DNA of 63,487 nucleotides, the filler included, from Choristocarpus tenellus KU-1152 (Eukaryota > Protista > Phaeophyceae), in NCBI GenBank assembly GCA_964200185.2. It is 7 parts of 7 records of this genome, joined end to end, with 100 filler letters (N's around TTAATTAATTAA, not from the genome) between each part and the next. Parts side by side here need not be neighbours in the genome. Positions count along the whole stretch, not along the records: positions 45,374 to 52,423 come from CAXNAD020006781.1; positions 52,524 to 60,143 come from CAXNAD020005865.1; positions 60,244 to 63,487 come from CAXNAD020021303.1; 4 more parts are not named here. One strand, 5' to 3'. A program made the position numbers and the translations under genes. The notes under the pieces were generated by a model. The model ran no database searches. It saw nothing but the letters and a program-made list of their open reading frames with translations, and was not told where the DNA came from. Numbering within the stretch: the first letter of the stretch is position 1; each line of letters opens with the position of its first letter. Of the stretch, positions 51,640 to 63,487 are shown piece after piece.

Positions 51640-51845
51640 ACCGGAAATCAGTGGCGAAAGGGGTCGCACTGGTTGGTCATCGGATAGGGGGGGGGGCTGG
51701 AAATCAGTGGCGAAGGGGTCGCACTGGTTGGTCATCGTATGTGGGGGGTGACGAGAAACCAGTGGCGAAGGGAGTTCGCCCTGGATGGTCATCAGAGGTG
51801 GACGGTGGCTGGAAATCAGTGGCGAAAAGGTCGAACTGGTTGGCC
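51640..51845. repeat. Tandem ~55-bp minisatellite (4 units)
   Basis: The unit core gaaatcagtggcgaa(a)ggggtcgcactggttggtcatc is repeated four times. Confidence 0.85.
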
Positions 51846-52089
51846 ACAAGGGTTGTTAGAAAGTGGGGAGGAAAGGGAATAGATAGTAGGGAGGAATACA
51901 TATGTAGAATAAAATAATCATAATACAGAATTCTTGAGCAAAACAAAGGAAAGTGTTTCCCCCCCCTCATTTTCTATAGTGTGTTTTGTAATAAGATCGG
52001 TTTCGGTATTAGAGAATAAATTTTATGTTGTGAGGCAGTGTCTAATCAAAATACTTCAGGGTGATGAATAGCTGCCCATGACACCGGGA

Positions 52090-52423
52090 TCAAAAGGAGG
52101 GCTCAACACGAGATCATAGGCCTTCTCAACAGGATTCGTTTTGGCTCCTTCAGGACACAATTGGCCGGCCTTCCAAATGAGGCCCACCAAGGGAGGGAAA
52201 GCTCCTCATTAGCCCTAGCACGCCACTGGAGCCAGTGTGGACAAGGAGCAAAAACGTGGGCCTCGACGCAACCTCTGGAACCCGCATGACAGATCCCCCC
52301 TCTAGAATCGAAGCTCACAGTCAGCAGATCCCTAGGGAGGGAGGAGGCCCTATCAAACAGGTGCCCAGTGGCAGGGTGCAGGAGGCAGAATGTCAATACC
52401 AGACATGCCCGCACCTGCCCCAG
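52090..52423 (+). mobile_element. Degenerate non-LTR retrotransposon C-terminal fragment (Cys/His zinc-knuckle region, CRE/R2-like), cut by a gap
   Basis: Reads ARHWSQCGQGAKTW..IPPLESKLTVSRSLGREEALSNRCPVAGCRRQNVNTRHARTCP with an internal stop. The CP..C....HA.C layout is recognised from memory only. Confidence 0.5.
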
Positions 52424-53299
52424 NNNNNNNNNNNNNNNNNNNNNNNNNNNNNNNNNNNNNNNNNNNNTTAATTAATTAANNNNNNNNNNNNNNNNNNNNN
52501 NNNNNNNNNNNNNNNNNNNNNNNGCTGCGGCGGTTGTTTAAAACAATCAAAAAAAAAAAAAAAGTATTTTGACTAGCCACGCACCCCCCCCCCCACCCCC
52601 CCCCCCCCCCCCCCCCCCCCCCTGATACTTTGAGTCATAAACGATCACTTAGGTTGATCGAAAAGCTCCGGGCGCACCAGGAGGGACAGGGAATATCTGT
52701 ACCTGTTCCAGTTCTAGATACTCCTTCTGTGCCGTAAGTTTATGCCAAAAAAAGTCTGGGCTTGTCAATCGAGAACTGCGCAGAATCGGACGATAGCCCC
52801 ACAGAATGAAATCGGATTGACAATATATCAGCTTTCAGAAAAGGTGGAGGTCGAGGATCGTCAGGTACAAGCTCTAGGTGCTTCAAGTCGTCAAAGTAGG
52901 GGTCTTTTGGGGCGATTTTGAGTTCAGAACTACTGGGCACGTCGAGGGTCAGAATGTCAGCATGGCAACCCCCCCGTCAACCCCCCTGCGTAGGAAGGGC
53001 ACGCCCTCGCGGTAATCCCTGGTGAGCATAAAGTGCTGCGACACATTGGACCGGCCTTTGCAGCTGAGTTTGGAGTGTCCGAGCGTTACATGTAAGGGCT
53101 CTGGGAGGACGTAGCTGATCAGCTCACCTGTGGCCACATGCTTGGCCTAGGGGTGGGGGCACGTAGTGGGCGGCCTTCGGAACTCACACCGACCAAGATG
53201 GCCACAATACATAGTACCAACTCTGATAGTCGGTCATCCGCAGTGTGTCAGGTGACAATGAAGATGGTCACTGAGGTGTTGCAATTTATCACGAGCACC

Positions 53300-54200
53300 A
53301 CAAACAGGTTGTTGGAGAATATGGGGGTCATGCCGAATCGCAACTGGATCAAATCGAAGCTTAAATTGTGGCAAAATGTATGGAGAATGGACTTTGTTTG
53401 CGATTAAGTGGATCAGAAACGTGGTGTGTACGCCTCCATGGCGAACACGATCCATGTGGATGAAACCTAGTCTTACGTAATGACTGATAGGGAAAGGGTT
53501 GGGGTATTTCCGCCTGAAGATGATAGCAACCTTCCAGGGTCCCCTATTGTGCACCCCAAGAGTCATATCCCCCAAACTGTGATCATTGCAGTCAATGCCT
53601 GCTCAGATTCGGCTCACACCTCTCATGGAAAGCTTGGTGTTTGGCGTGTGTGTGCGCCAAAAAAGGTAGACAGGACAAGCAAGAACCATCAAAGGAGGGA
53701 TGTGTGTGAGCAGGACTGTACTTTCGACCATTTGTGGTACAGGAAGTAGTACACGGAGGAGTTACTGCCTGCAATCAAGACCAAGATGCCTTGGTTACAT
53801 GGGAAGCACATTGTCGTTGAGCAAGACACCCCCCACACGGGCGAGGGCAACTCAGAAATCTTGTCAGGGTCAGGGAAGACTGAGGGGTGGTCGATTAGGC
53901 TTGTGACGCAGCCATCTAACTCCCCCGACCTCGATATCATGAACCTGTGCTTCTTCAGGTCTTTGAGATGCCGGGTGATGGGGGAGCAGTTTGGGTCTCT
54001 CGAGGAGATGGTAAAGGTCATTAAGAAACAGTATGAGGAGTATGATGAAAGTACACTTGAGAGGGCTTTCTTTGCACCTCCTTTTTGTGGTGTACAACCA
54101 AGTACCTAGATACAAAGGAGGGAATGGCTTCACAATGCGGAGCACACGGGAGTAAGGAGAGGCAGTTGTCTGGTGAGCTTGAAAACACACCAAAGGTAGA
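53300..54200 (+). pseudogene. Degenerate Tc1/mariner DDD transposase (plant/stramenopile DD39D-like)
   Basis: IHVDET*SYV..KSHIPQTVIIAVNA..GKLGVW..RTSKNH..LLPAIKTKMPW..IVVEQDTPH..GWSIRLVTQPSNSPDLDIMNLCFFRSL..YEEYDESTLERAF, with in-frame stops and frameshifts. Confidence 0.85.
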
Positions 54201-54537
54201 CATGGAGACTTCTTCTGTGATTGATACAAATGTGATGGATGGGGAGAAATAATAATGAAAAGAGCTGACCCTAACATTAAATTCTTCAAGCATTCCAAAT
54301 CTTCTTTCAGAAATGAATTTCATCATCTTCAAAAGTGGTGGACAACGCGGCACAGACTTATGACACGTAGGTAGCACAATAATAACAAATATGCAGATGG
54401 TAATCAACAGATATCATACGCCAAGGTCGTGCCAGCCATCATGAAACCGATCACATTTTACATTAGCAGCAGTGTCACTGTCTGGCAAAATGGTGGGTAC
54501 AGGTAGGTAGACTGTGTGTGTGATGACAGCTATAATA

Positions 54538-54797
54538 GAGCCAAAGCATCTTAGAGGGTAGAACCACGTCCATTTGGGGACCAAAATCCAATGTTACGAT
54601 TTAGATGTAATTTTGACTATCGTGTTTGTAAGGAAGTGTCAATATCCATGTTCCGAACACACCTTTTCATAACCTATACATTTTACGTACTCCTAAACAT
54701 TTTGGAGAAGGAAAATGTCATAAAAAAACCCCATGGGAAGTCAAGTCCCAAATGGACAAACAGGGCAAAACTCGTACCCTATAAGATACTTTCACTC
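54538..54797 (+). mobile_element. MITE family A copy, 3-bp TSD ATA
   Basis: ata-GAGCCAAAGCATCTTAGAGGGTA...TACCCTATAAGATACTTTCACTC-ata. Confidence 0.9.
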
Positions 54798-54838
54798 ATA
54801 CTATTCACACAACTTTCCTTTTTTTTGCGACAGCCAAA

Positions 54839-55097
54839 GAGTGAAAGTATCTCAGAGGGTACGAGGTTTGCCCTGTTTGTCTGTTTGGAGCTTAACTACC
54901 CACATGTTTTTATCGACATTTTTCCTGCTCCAAAGTATTTCGGAGTAGGTAAAACATACTCATTATGAAAAGTTGTGTCCGGATCAAGGATATTGACATC
55001 TCCTAATAAACATGATATCCATAATTACATCAAAATTCCAACATTGTATTTTGGCCCCCAAATGGACGTGGTGCTACCCTCTAAGAAACTTTGACTC
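54839..55097 (-). mobile_element. MITE family A copy, inverted relative to its neighbour, no TSD
   Basis: GAGTGAAAGTATCTCAGAGGGTA...TACCCTCTAAGAAACTTTGACTC. Confidence 0.88.
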
Positions 55098-55101
55098 GCT
55101 T

Positions 55102-55509
55102 TCCCCTTCGCCCACACCTGTCACTCTACCTCACACATCTGATCCTGATGATATTCCTAGTCCCAGGGCTACTGTCGTGGTTGGGGTTAGAGAAGGTCCC
55201 CGCAATCTTGCACCACTGAACAGGGGAACACCTCATGCAGGCACAATCCTTTGGAGACTTCAGGTTTGTGACATACAGCGATGGGCTGGGCAATCCTGAT
55301 GTGACTGCTAGTCTCTTCACTACCCCTCCACTCATTGTCGACCCAAGCACCAGCGGCATCAATGCACTATCCCCTTCGCCGACACCTGTCACTGTACATC
55401 ACAAACCTGATCCTGACGATATTCCTAGTCCCATTGTCGTGGTTGGGGTTAGAGGTCCCCACAATCTTGCACCGCTGAATAGGGGAACACCTCATGCAAG
55501 CACAATCCT
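55102..55509. repeat. Direct duplication of ~145 bp (55102-55250 and 55371-55509)
   Basis: Both copies read tccccttcgcc.acacctgtcact...ctgatcctga.gatattcctagtccca...caatcttgcacc.ctgaa.aggggaacacctcatgca.gcacaatcct. Confidence 0.85.
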
Positions 55510-55698
55510 GCGGATACTTTGGGTTTTGCTAGTGATTGTTGACTTCTGCACAGTAGCAATACTTGCTGTGGGAATGGGAGGGGTCCACTTGAACTCCTGC
55601 CAAAGGTGTGTCTCATCATATATGATTAAAATAGGGACTCAACAGTGGACTAGAGAGCAGGTCGACAGAAAGTGACTAGATACACAAATATAATGTGT

Positions 55699-55957
55699 GA
55701 GTGGAAGTATCTTAGAGGGTACGAGTTTTGTCCTGTTTGTCCATTTGGGGCTTGGCTTCCCATGGGTTATTTTATGACATTTTCCTTCTCCAAAATGTTT
55801 CGGAATAGGTAAAGTGTGTATGTTATGAAAAGGTGTGTCCAGAACATGGATAATGGCACTTCCTAACAATCACGATAGCCAAAATTGCATCGAAATCACA
55901 TCATTGGATTTTGACCGCCAAATGGACAAGGCTCTACCCTCTAAGATACTTTGGCTC
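55699..55957 (-). mobile_element. MITE family A copy, 4-bp TSD GTGT
   Basis: gtgt-GAGTGGAAGTATCTTAGAGGGTA...TACCCTCTAAGATACTTTGGCTC-gtgt. Confidence 0.9.
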
Positions 55958-56906
55958 GTGTAGCATCACTGCTGAGTCTCTCATCACCCATGCAGGCATG
56001 TGTGGGGATTACAGGCAATTGTACAAAACTGTATCGTTGCCTAGGCGCAACATAGGGTACTCTACCCCATCCTCTTCAACAATCAACAGAAGATTCCTCA
56101 AACCTCAACTTGCAGCAAATGTTCACATCTGTTCTGCAGTCAACTTGTTCTACATCTACTGCTCTTTCAGAGAATCCAACCTGTGGCACACTTCAGATCA
56201 TTTGCACAATCAAGTCCTGAGCACACAGTCTTTGATCAAACAGACAGCCGAGCACAACAGCCACAATGGCATGTTTGCTACATCAGTTCAGGATGTACAA
56301 ATTGATGTTTGCAAGGAAACTCAACAAATTTTGAGTGCATAGGAAATTGATTGTGACCCTGTCAGGAGGGAGCACTCAACTAATATCCAATCTTTTCCGA
56401 CAAAGGTATGGGGCAATTTTGATCTGCTCTACTAAAACAACAATCACATCTTGTCCATGGAGCTACGTTTCTGTTGGTGAGGTAACGAAGGGATCACACA
56501 GTTATAGTACTAGGCTATTCAAGGTACAGGAAAGCAGTCTATATCATTACCCCCCATTCCACTCTCTATCACCAATACCACTAAAGCTCGATACAACCAC
56601 AAGCCACAAATTTTATATAAGTCAACCTATATGCACAACCCATAGTGTCAAATAGGTTGGGTGGTTGGTTAACAAGAGGTCCATTAGCAAATCAAAACAC
56701 AAGAAATCATTACATAGTATGCTGCCCAATTAACCAACGACTTGTTGCTTGATGGGTTGTTGACTATACCCCCCTTACAATTTCAAAATATTTTGCTCAC
56801 AAATTTAGCCATCAACAAGGTCATATATAATAAATTGTCAACAATGGATCATAGGTAGAGATCATGAAGAGCATGAATATCTCTTCACCAGGACCCTCTG
56901 AAACCC

Positions 56907-59137
56907 CTATCCTGCATCCTCTACGTGATACAAGTTGCTGTAGCTCAGGAGGTCTGCCTCACCATCAGCCCGGAACTCCGTCATGGTCTCCGACACCTGC
57001 ATTCCCCAAGAAAAAGTAGCAAGCATGGGGCGAGGATCAAGATGGTGCTTCATCTCTGCACTTCCACAAATGACTGACCTTGCATGTACTTGTTAGCATT
57101 CTCATACGTTCTACACTGACAGCTACTTGGGGTGTAACTAATTGTTCATGCCGACAAATGTACCTACGGCGTCATGCTCACACAAACAACACACAAAGAT
57201 GCAATTTTACCTTGAACAAGCATGCTGTAAACACACAAGCCTCTCAATGTACATACATGCATTCACAAACAAAAGAGAGTTACATGCACAATGTCAGACA
57301 CATCACCACCTCAAACGCCTCCCTCTCTGCTCATCTGTATCAAATCCACAAGTAGCCACACAATTAGCATACAAACCTCCAACCATAGCATGAGGGATTG
57401 CACAAGAATAGAAGCATCGCTTGTAATGGGTGTGGGCTAGTTCAGAACCCCCATGCCCTTTCTTGATTGCCAGGTTGGGTTCAGCGTGTTCTGGGTCGAA
57501 ATGGGTCTGAAGGAGGCTCAACATCCGGCGGATTGGCCTGACGTATATTTTGGGGAGGTGGGAATGGGTAGAGTCAGGGCAGCACTAGTGGCAGAGAGGA
57601 GATTGTGTGCAGGTCATGGGATGCCAGGGTGCAGATTTCAGATTTGAAAATTCACGTCAAAATAGGAGACTCTGACTGCCATCTGGTAACTGCTAGCCAG
57701 CAACTCTGTCTAGGTTGGTGTACTCTCTAGAGAATAAATCTTCACGACCAAACTGCTTCCTTGATAATGTTGTCAAAATCGAATCCCTATAACAACAATC
57801 TACTGCACTTAGTACTGTACTTGGTGAGGCCTTGCAGCACTGCTGGCAATGGTACTCTTAGTAACAAGTTGCTCTGGCAAACACAAGTACCTCACCGATG
57901 AACATGGACAGATACACATGAATTCCAATAATGGGGGGGAAAGCATCATCTAGAGTCAAGGTCACCTTGTCATGCCCTCGCAACCAGGCATGGAGTCGTC
58001 CACAGACCTTACCAGCAGCTCCACATCCCTCAACATGTTTCTTCAAGAAGGCGGTGGAAGGGCAAGAGGGGGACAGGGCTCACTCACTTTCCAATACATT
58101 CACTCACAGAACTACTGCAACTGAAACGCGCAACAGCAGATGACACTGGCAACAACTTGTACAAAGGCACCAACAGTGCACAGCACAGAACACACTTTAT
58201 AGGGGGAAACCTATGATATGACTATATATAGAAATTCAAACAGTAGCAAGGTCCCCAGATGTCATACCAACCTGAGGGTACCAACGGCTCAAGTTGAACG
58301 GCAAAGGAATTGCCCCTGTTGCATGTTGTACCTGTTTGGCAAGTCAATGTATTGTATATGCAGTATGCAGTGCTATATATATAGTTCATGTGAACAAATG
58401 GAGGATTGGAAGGCTTTCCCACTGACCATCCCTAAGGGTAGGGCACATAAATATCATTTAGAAATTGTATGCATATATAATATTTCAAAGTACTAAGAAT
58501 TTGCTGCAACGTTTCTAAAACAGGGCAACAGAGGGGAAGAATGAAAATTGGAAATTTTGGCGATCAGTAAGGCCAAGGTAGCTCCTTCAGAACAGAAAAC
58601 AAAACAGTCCGCGTCCATGCCGGGCCTGACAGGCTTTGTGAGTCCGTTTGCAAGAGTGAAACCCCTGCACCAACCATCCGAACCATAAGTAGAACCCTTA
58701 TATCGACTTAACCCATCTACGGCACAGGATGAACTAACTTGAAGGCAATTTGTCTCTCAATTCTCACCTCACCTTCTCCTCCTGCTGTTCAGGCTCGAAC
58801 TTGCAGCAGATGATTTGCAGTGAGAAAAAATATGCTCTTCATGCGGTGGAAATGGGACGGCTTCTGTCTCAGGTGCTGCATATTCCTGCCCCTTCATCCC
58901 TCATACTTCTCCTCTCAAGAAAAGGACAGCACCGACCTCACCTTGGAGGAAAATGTTAGTATGTGGACAAACCCCTCCCAATGTCTGGTCATTAACCCCA
59001 TACCTACCTTTACTCGCATAGGTGAGAGAGTCGGTAAAAAACCAAAGACCCGGTCTCAAGCAACAGGAGGTTGTGGGACAATTCTGTTCCTGCAGACAGG
59101 CCTCCATCACCTCCCTTTTGTCAAGCAAGGCCAGTTC
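56907..59137 (-). CDS. Putative uncharacterised spliced gene (3' part)
   Basis: Candidate GT-AG exons 59137-59008, 58875-58773, 58040-57966 and 57786-~57710 chain in phase. A candidate terminal exon 56996-56907 reads VSETMTEFRADGEADLLSYSNLYHVEDAG*. No family motif recognised. Confidence 0.35.
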
Positions 59138-60395
59138 CTGGACAGGACCATGGAATCCTCAGAGCAGAAGGAGAGCACGAGGTGAAGACTTCAGGTCTCT
59201 GACTGGGAAACCAGAGTCATGGGAGGGGGAGACACAGGAGAAGAGGGGGGGGGCGGGGGGGGGAGGGGTCTGGGGACAGTCCCTCCAGACAACTTGAGCA
59301 GCATGGTGCATTTGATGCCCTTGCATTTTACAAGTGAAGAGAAGTAATAGTCTCTTCTTGTTGTAGTAATAACAAACACTATTCACCCCTCAAGTACTGT
59401 GTTGTCATCCCTTATAGGTTGGGGCTACTGCAAGTTTCAAATGCTGTAGTCTCCTACGTCTGTCACCATGTAGTCGTTGGCGATATATATCTCTCTCTTT
59501 TGTATGTGGTAGGGTGCGGCGGGCACCGTTCCCCCTTCAGTCTTGAAACCACCTACCTTCGAGTTGAAAGTGTGAAGCTGAACTACTGATAACATGCTAC
59601 AGCAAATATACAGCGCAGATCCATCTTCCTCTAGCAATAACCTCCCATGTGCTGAAAAAATGCACCCCTCTCTGCACCCCTAGGGCCCTGATTCAGGTGG
59701 TACATAGTGCCCTTCCTTTTTTTGCAAGCTCCAGCGATGCACATTTGGCGAGGGCGGCGGACGGCTGGGGTTGAGCAACAATGTCCAGTGAGAAAAGGGG
59801 AAGGGAAGGGGATGGGTATTGACAAGGATGTTTGAAGAAGGTCAAGGCTGGGGGCGACCTGATTGTCTCTGGGGAAGAGGCACGAACACAATATTTTGAA
59901 CAGATCTACTCAATCTTCCCAAGAAAGATACATGTTTCGTCCTTCCTAATCACTCCCCTCAATGTTACCTGTGTATCCCACACCCACATTACGTGCCTAC
60001 TCCGCACTGATTCCCTCAATCTCAGGAGCCTGTTGAATATCTTTGAAGCATCGAAGAATCTCTTGCCGCAGAGGGCACTTCCTATGGCTGCTGATTCTGG
60101 CTTAGGAGTGGAGACCACGATTCTTCAACCTCCTACACCTACCNNNNNNNNNNNNNNNNNNNNNNNNNNNNNNNNNNNNNNNNNNNNTTAATTAATTAAN
60201 NNNNNNNNNNNNNNNNNNNNNNNNNNNNNNNNNNNNNNNNNNNCACTTGGAACCAATGACCGTACGATCTAGAGGTACATCTGCAGCACTAAAGGTACCT
60301 GTGTCGAACAAACCATGAAACTCCTTAGATATAGCCTCTTCCCATACCGGCCAGTATTCAGACTTTTGGGCCTCAGCATAAGATTGAGGGGCTGG

Positions 60396-63295
60396 TGTCA
60401 CAGGCGATATGTCTTGACGGCGGTTTCATAAACACCATTATGACATTGAAGTTCGAGATTTGATCTATTTGTACTTCTTGATTATTAATTTATTATTTTG
60501 GTCATTATGGTCCCCGATTGAAATCGACTTTGTTGATCAGTCCCTTTTCATACCATGGTTTTTACGAATATCCAAGTGAGAGATCCAGCATACTTGACGA
60601 CTTGTGCATCAGGAGTCCTATACCTACATCAGTATCATCTATAAGACCGTGGATTTGAGCTATACATCCTAGGGAGGTGAGCTTCTGAGGGGCGCCTGTA
60701 ACATGGAGGTCTTACCGCCTCTCTTCAAACTGGAGGGATTACTCCTTGTTCACCCTAACTTATAAGATTGTTTTCTAGTTCCACCTGGATGGTTTCCTTG
60801 TTCCACCTGGATGGTTTTCTCGCTCCACCTGGATTGCTTTCTAGTTCCACCTGGGTTGGTTTCTGGCCCTACCTGGGTTGTGGTCTTCATTCGTCGTCTA
60901 CAGGATTCCCTCCCTGGACTGGTGGTCTCCATGGGTCTGAGGGCTTCTGTGGCCCTGAGGAATCGCCACATCATCCACCTATAGTCGTAAACGAGTGGTT
61001 TTCGACCGCCATAGTATAGACGCCTAGGTAGTTCTTCCTCGCAATTTGTACACTCACATTCCCGATCTGTTTTTCGTGTATCACACTGTTCTTTTATCCC
61101 ACAGGTTTAGTCGGAACTGTGTCCCTAGGTCGCAAGAAAACTGCCAGAGCGGGCACAGAGTCGGAACTGGAGTCCCTAGGTTGCAAAAAAACTGGCAGAG
61201 TGGGAACAGAGTCGGAACAGAGTCGGAACTGGAGTCCCTAGGTTGCAACAAAACTGGCAGAGTGGGAACGGAGTCGGGACAGAGTCGGAACTGGAGCCCC
61301 TATGTCGCCATGTGGCAATTAATACATGCTGCCACAGCACGATTCGAGGTGATAGATGATATTTATCGTCCTGACCCGATATAATCGCCTGTGGTAAGTG
61401 TGAAACATGTATTCCTAGTTCACGCTGGGGGGCATGTTACATGCGAATAGCATGTCTGCCTTTTCGCACTCTAACCAGTGTGAAAAGTCTTGCTATGGTT
61501 TATAGATTTTTATGTTCTTGCTCCACATTTTGTCTGCGTTTGTCGAGAGATGATTCTTGCGTCTTGTACTTGTTTGTGTTGATAGTTCTGAAGCAGGAGT
61601 GTCTTGCTATGACACTCCCTATTTTGATGATATTGTAAGACTCTTGTCTTGTTTGTTTGTATGTTCGTGGTTCCTAGAGAAGGTAAGCCTTTCCATGGCA
61701 GCACCCTACCTCTATGCGACTGTGAGGCAATTGTGTCGATGTCCTATAATTGTTTGTGTTTAGTTCTGAAAGGGAAGAGTATGACAACACCCTATTTTGA
61801 TATTTGTGAGGGGGGAGAGTCTTACTATGACACTCCCTTTTTTTCTGAGTATCTTGTTTGTATGTCCTTTGTTTATGGGTTGAGCAAGCCTTCATACGGC
61901 AGCACCCTAACTCTATGCGACTTTGAGGCAATTGTGTTGGTGTCCTATAGTTGTTTGTGTTTAGTTCTGAAGGGGGAGAATCTATGACAACACCCTATTT
62001 CAGTACTATTGTAATTTTGCGTTCATATTCATTTGTGTTGATATTTGAGAGGGGAGAGAGTCTTACTGTGACACTCCCTATTTTTCTGGGTTTTTTGTTT
62101 GTATGTTCTTTGTTTATGGGTTGAGCAAGCCTTTATATGGCAGGACCTTGTTTTTGTTTGTAACTGTGAGATATCTTGGTGTCCAATAATTTGTGTTTAT
62201 AGCTGTGAAGGGGGACAGTCTAAGCAGTACCCTATTTCAGTGCTATTGTAATTTTGTGCCTGTATTTATTTTTGCTGATTGTTGTGAAGAGGGAGAGACT
62301 TGCTGAGATGTTCTCTATTGTTATTTTTTATTGTAAGGTGTTTTTTTTGGTATATATTCATAGTTCCTAACAAGGGTAAGCCTTTCCATGACAGCACCCA
62401 ATCTCTTTGGTGACTGTGAGTCATGGTTAGTGTCCTGTCGTTTCTGTGTTCTAGTTTTGAAAAGGGAGAGTCCATGGCAATACCCAAGTTCAGTGCTACC
62501 ATGGTTTTGTGTCTGGATTTGTATTTGTTTATCTTGGAAGGGGTGGAGTATTCTTAGACAGCACCCTACTATTGACGTGTATATGAGACTCTAGTGTAGG
62601 AGTTTTACTATCATTTTGTGTCTGTATTTGTGTTTGTTTATCTTGGAAGGGGTGGAGTCTTTTAGACTGTACCCTACTTTTGACGCGTATACGAGACTCT
62701 GGAATAGAAGTTTTTCTTTTGAACGTTGAGTAAAATGCAGAGTGAGTGCCGTGAGGTACGAGTGTCACGCTGACATATCTGTCGTCAGGGCAAACGTTGG
62801 AAGGGGGTTTTCCTCCAGGTTTCCTCCTCCGCTGGATCCCCAATGCTGCCTACTGATATGTTCGGACCTGGAAGTAACATTCATTTCATTTCTGCTGCGT
62901 TCATGATAGGATAAGGAGTGACGTTATATCTCCTTGTCCAATGCCTGTTTATCGCATTGAAGCAGTTATGCTTCACGCTAGGGGGGCATGTCACAGGCGA
63001 TATGTCTTGATGGCGGTTTCATAAACACCATTATGACATTAAAGTTCGAGATTTGATATATTTGTACTTTTTGACTATTTATTTATTATTTGGTCATTAT
63101 GGTCCCCGATTGTGATCGACATTGTTGATCAGTCCCTTTTCATACCATGATTTTTACGATAATCCAAGTGAAAGATCCAGCATACTTGACGACTTGTGCA
63201 TCAGGAGTCCTATACCTACATCAGTATCATCTATAAGACCGTGGATTTGAGCTATACATCCAGTGGAGGTGAGCTTCTGAGGGGCGCCTGTAACA
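60396..63295 (+). mobile_element. Non-autonomous LTR retroelement (2.9 kb; LTRs 60396-60703 and 62989-63295; 4-bp TSD CTGG)
   Basis: TG...CA LTRs of ~308 bp with about 17 differences by hand count; terminal inverted repeat tgtcacaggcg/cgcctgtaaca; PBS TGGAGGTCTTACCG at 60704; polypurine tract aggggggca before the 3' LTR; no gag/pol ORF recognised inside. Confidence 0.92.
61570..62700. repeat. Degenerate hierarchical tandem repeats inside the LTR element
   Basis: The motifs gacactccctattt, agcctttccatggcagcaccct and tttgtgtttagttctgaaggg recur at roughly 200-240-bp spacing. Confidence 0.8.
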
Positions 63296-63487
63296 CTGGT
63301 TCCAACTCAGAAACAAGACGACCATGCAGGGGGGTACTCATCAATACTGACTCAGGCGTGAGCTGTACAGCCAAAGCATAAGCAACATGTTGCCTCTCTA
63401 CACTAGCAATAAGGGACATCACATTACCAACACCTGTACTACCTTCAGCTCTGGTACGAGTTTCCTGTCTAGTCCTACCCAACTCAA

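Larger units (their letters stand above)
60244..63487 (-). mobile_element. Ty1/Copia retrotransposon pol fragment (start of RT), split by a nested LTR element
   Basis: Removing the insert plus one TSD restores in-frame ..LHGRLVSELEP|APQSYAEAQKSEYWPVWEEAISKEFHGLFDTGTFSAADVPLDRTVIGSK, the Copia RVT_2 N-terminus. Confidence 0.88.

Noticed and set aside
51640-51845. CRISPR-like array
   Set aside because: Eukaryotic context, degenerate repeats, short mutually similar spacers and no cas genes; it is a minisatellite.
53300-54200. Mariner remnant as the autonomous partner of MITE family A
   Set aside because: Tc1/mariner duplicates TA, whereas family A has variable 3-4-bp TSDs and does not bracket the transposase.

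Overview
Intron-rich eukaryotic DNA, most consistent with a brown alga or related ochrophyte (bipartite signal peptide + Phe plastid-targeting leaders, axonemal dynein, TTAGGG repeats, GT-AG introns of about 0.1-3.5 kb). The window is seven contigs joined by artificial 100-nt linkers (N44-TTAATTAATTAA-N44), so most genes are partial and adjacency across linkers is not biological. I reconstructed these spliced genes by hand: a DUS1-like tRNA-dihydrouridine synthase (+), an FdC2/Fed2-type ferredoxin (-), a PPR protein (+, partial), a DNAH1-like dynein heavy chain (+, partial), a CDK (-, 3' exons), eIF3b (-, 5' exons), an SRSF1-like splicing factor (-, first exon), an amino-acid transporter (+, 5' part), an NRAMP metal transporter (-, 5' part) and a low-confidence unknown gene. 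Mobile DNA comprises a high-copy ~255-bp GAG...CTC MITE family with mixed 3/4-bp TSDs, a dead mariner-type transposase, a non-LTR remnant, and a 2.9-kb non-autonomous LTR element nested in a Copia pol. The most unusual signal is an AT-rich intronic island (~20330-21280) with ~300 minus-strand codons interrupted only by TAA and ending at TGA, suggesting foreign DNA in a TAA=Gln code or a decayed foreign gene. All family assignments come from motif recognition; no searches were run.
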